From: Octopus bimaculoides
Lineage: Eukaryota
NCBI RefSeq assembly: GCF_001194135.2
Contig: NC_068990.1
Location: 2,008,966 to 2,072,965 of the forward strand
Direction of reading: 5' to 3'
DNA length: 64,000 nucleotides
Below, one piece after another: positions 62,149 through 64,000 of this stretch (positions within the stretch are counted from its first letter, which is position 1; each line of letters begins with the position of its first letter). The notes under the pieces were generated by a model. It saw only the letters and a list, made by a program, of their open reading frames with translations. It did no database searches and had not been told where the DNA came from. The translations under genes and the position numbers were made by a program.

Positions 62149-63320
62149 ATTGCTATCACTTCAAAAGGTCTGTACGTAGATGTTTCGCTTTATTAGTGCA
62201 TTTCAAAGGAAAGGCTAACAGACTGCACAATCTATGCCAATTAGTAATATATATATAATAATATTACTCTCAAATTTGTTTATACTCTCTACGCAATATG
62301 TTCAAATCCCGCCAAGGTCATCTTTATTCTCCATCCTTTTGAGATCGCTAAAATATATGTACCAACTTAAAACGCTAGATTGAAATCGTCACTTACTTTA
62401 AAACCACTTTCTGGTTCAAGCTCTTCAGTTTGAGTATACGCTTTTCCTCTCCCTAATCACATGGATCCTTTAAATGGATATAAAAAGTACCTTCCGTCTT
62501 GACTAAAACATTAAAATAAATGGCTTAAATAATTGTTTCAATGCAACAGCAATCACAAAGCTTACCAAGCTTTCACTATCATGTTATACTTGTGTTTATA
62601 ATATACCTCTTCGTAATGCTTTTTCGTTTCGTTTTCTCTTTTACTTCTCTTCTAAAATCGCTTCATCGATATAGTAATGGACAGCGACACAAATTGCTTG
62701 CGATTTATACCTAGTCGTTTCTCACCAGCTTTGTATGGTTGCTACCAATACATATTCTCTCAGTCAGACCGCATAAATATCAGTCAATATCTAGCTTAAA
62801 GTAACTTGTACCCCAAAGCTTAATTTAAAACTGACTGATATATATATATATATANNNNNNNNNNNNNNNNNNNNNNNNNNNNNNNNNNNNNNNNNNNNNN
62901 NNNNNNNNNNNNNNNNNNNNNNNNNNNNNNNNNNNNNNNNNNNNNNNNNNNNNNNNNNNNNNNNNNNNNNNNNNNNNNNNNNNNNNNNNNNNNNNNNNNN
63001 NNNNNNNNNNNNNNNNNNNNNNNNNNNNNNNNNNNNNNNNNNNNNNNNNNNNNNNNNNNNNNNNNNNNNNNNNNNNNNNNNNNNNNNNNNNNNNNNNNNN
63101 NNNNNNNNNNNNNNNNNNNNNNNNNNNNNNNNNNNNNNNNNNNNNNNNNNNNNNNNNNNNNNNNNNNNNNNNNNNNNNNNNNNNNNNNNNNNNNNNNNNN
63201 NNNNNNNNNNNNNNNNNNNNNNNNNNNNNNNNNNNNNNNNNNNNNNNNNNNNNNNNNNNNNNNNNNNNNNNNNNNNNNNNNNNNNNNNNNNNNNNNNNNN
63301 NNNNNNNNNNNNNNNNNNNN

Positions 63321-63357
<37 letters not shown>

Positions 63358-63933
63358 ATATACATATATACACTTTCTAATGTAGAATTAATTTATAATC
63401 CCTATGATCTCTAACAATTTTTCTCGAACATAAATTGCCAAATCGACAGCAGATGCTATATTCTGTATATTAAATGATTTACAAACTGTGTGGACAAAAG
63501 AATATAGTATTTCTGAACGCACCGATGAGATAAGACATAACGAATCTTCAAATAATAGACCTTCTCGCTAAATATTATGATATTCACACAGTTTCATTGC
63601 AAGGCTACAAATAGTTTTGTATACAGAAACTTGGTCGAAGCTTTATAAATGATATACATCATCAAGTGGATATGGTGTCTGATTATCAGTACGTAGTTTG
63701 TTTGTTTCATCGATGTATAATAATAATTTAGATTGTCTCTCTGAAGTACAATGCTCTTTCATCAGTATCGACAATAGTTACTTGTTCAACAAATGTAACC
63801 GATACTGATTGATATTTTCCAAAGCAACAGATATATGCACAACGCACATACACACTAACACGTTCAGACGCAGAATAAATAAACACACACATACACACGT
63901 TCAAACGCGTGCATACACACGTTCAAAGACACA

Positions 63934-64000
<67 letters not shown>

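Overview
AT-rich eukaryotic genomic DNA, not prokaryotic: no operons, rRNA, true tRNA genes or CRISPR arrays. The SINE families and dense (TA)n/(CA)n/(GA)n/(TAA)n microsatellites look like an octopod cephalopod (Octopus-like) scaffold; this is recognition from memory, not a database hit. N-gaps sit almost exclusively inside microsatellites, and most ORFs in the supplied track are artefacts of simple repeats or Ns. The window is largely a transposon graveyard: a gag-deleted Gypsy element with both LTRs, PBS and TSD (10221-13543); seven R4/Dong-like non-LTR fragments, six next to (TAA)n-type tracts; Tx1, RTE and Penelope-like fragments; Merlin and mariner transposase relics; hAT and MULE-type MITEs; a probable Helitron/HINE-like element; and three SINE families. 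Host-gene signal is limited to a decayed LRR (Toll-like receptor-like) reading at 1-1184 (minus) and one clean 78-nt exon at 51900-51977. The most striking unannotated feature is a 269-bp near-perfect palindrome (47843-48111) whose arms are head-to-head copies of a type I hammerhead ribozyme with a long stem II and complementary lesions. Several more hammerhead-like motifs lie near (TA)n tracts or retroelement ends. Unless termini are given exactly, boundaries are by-eye estimates (about +/-20 nt).
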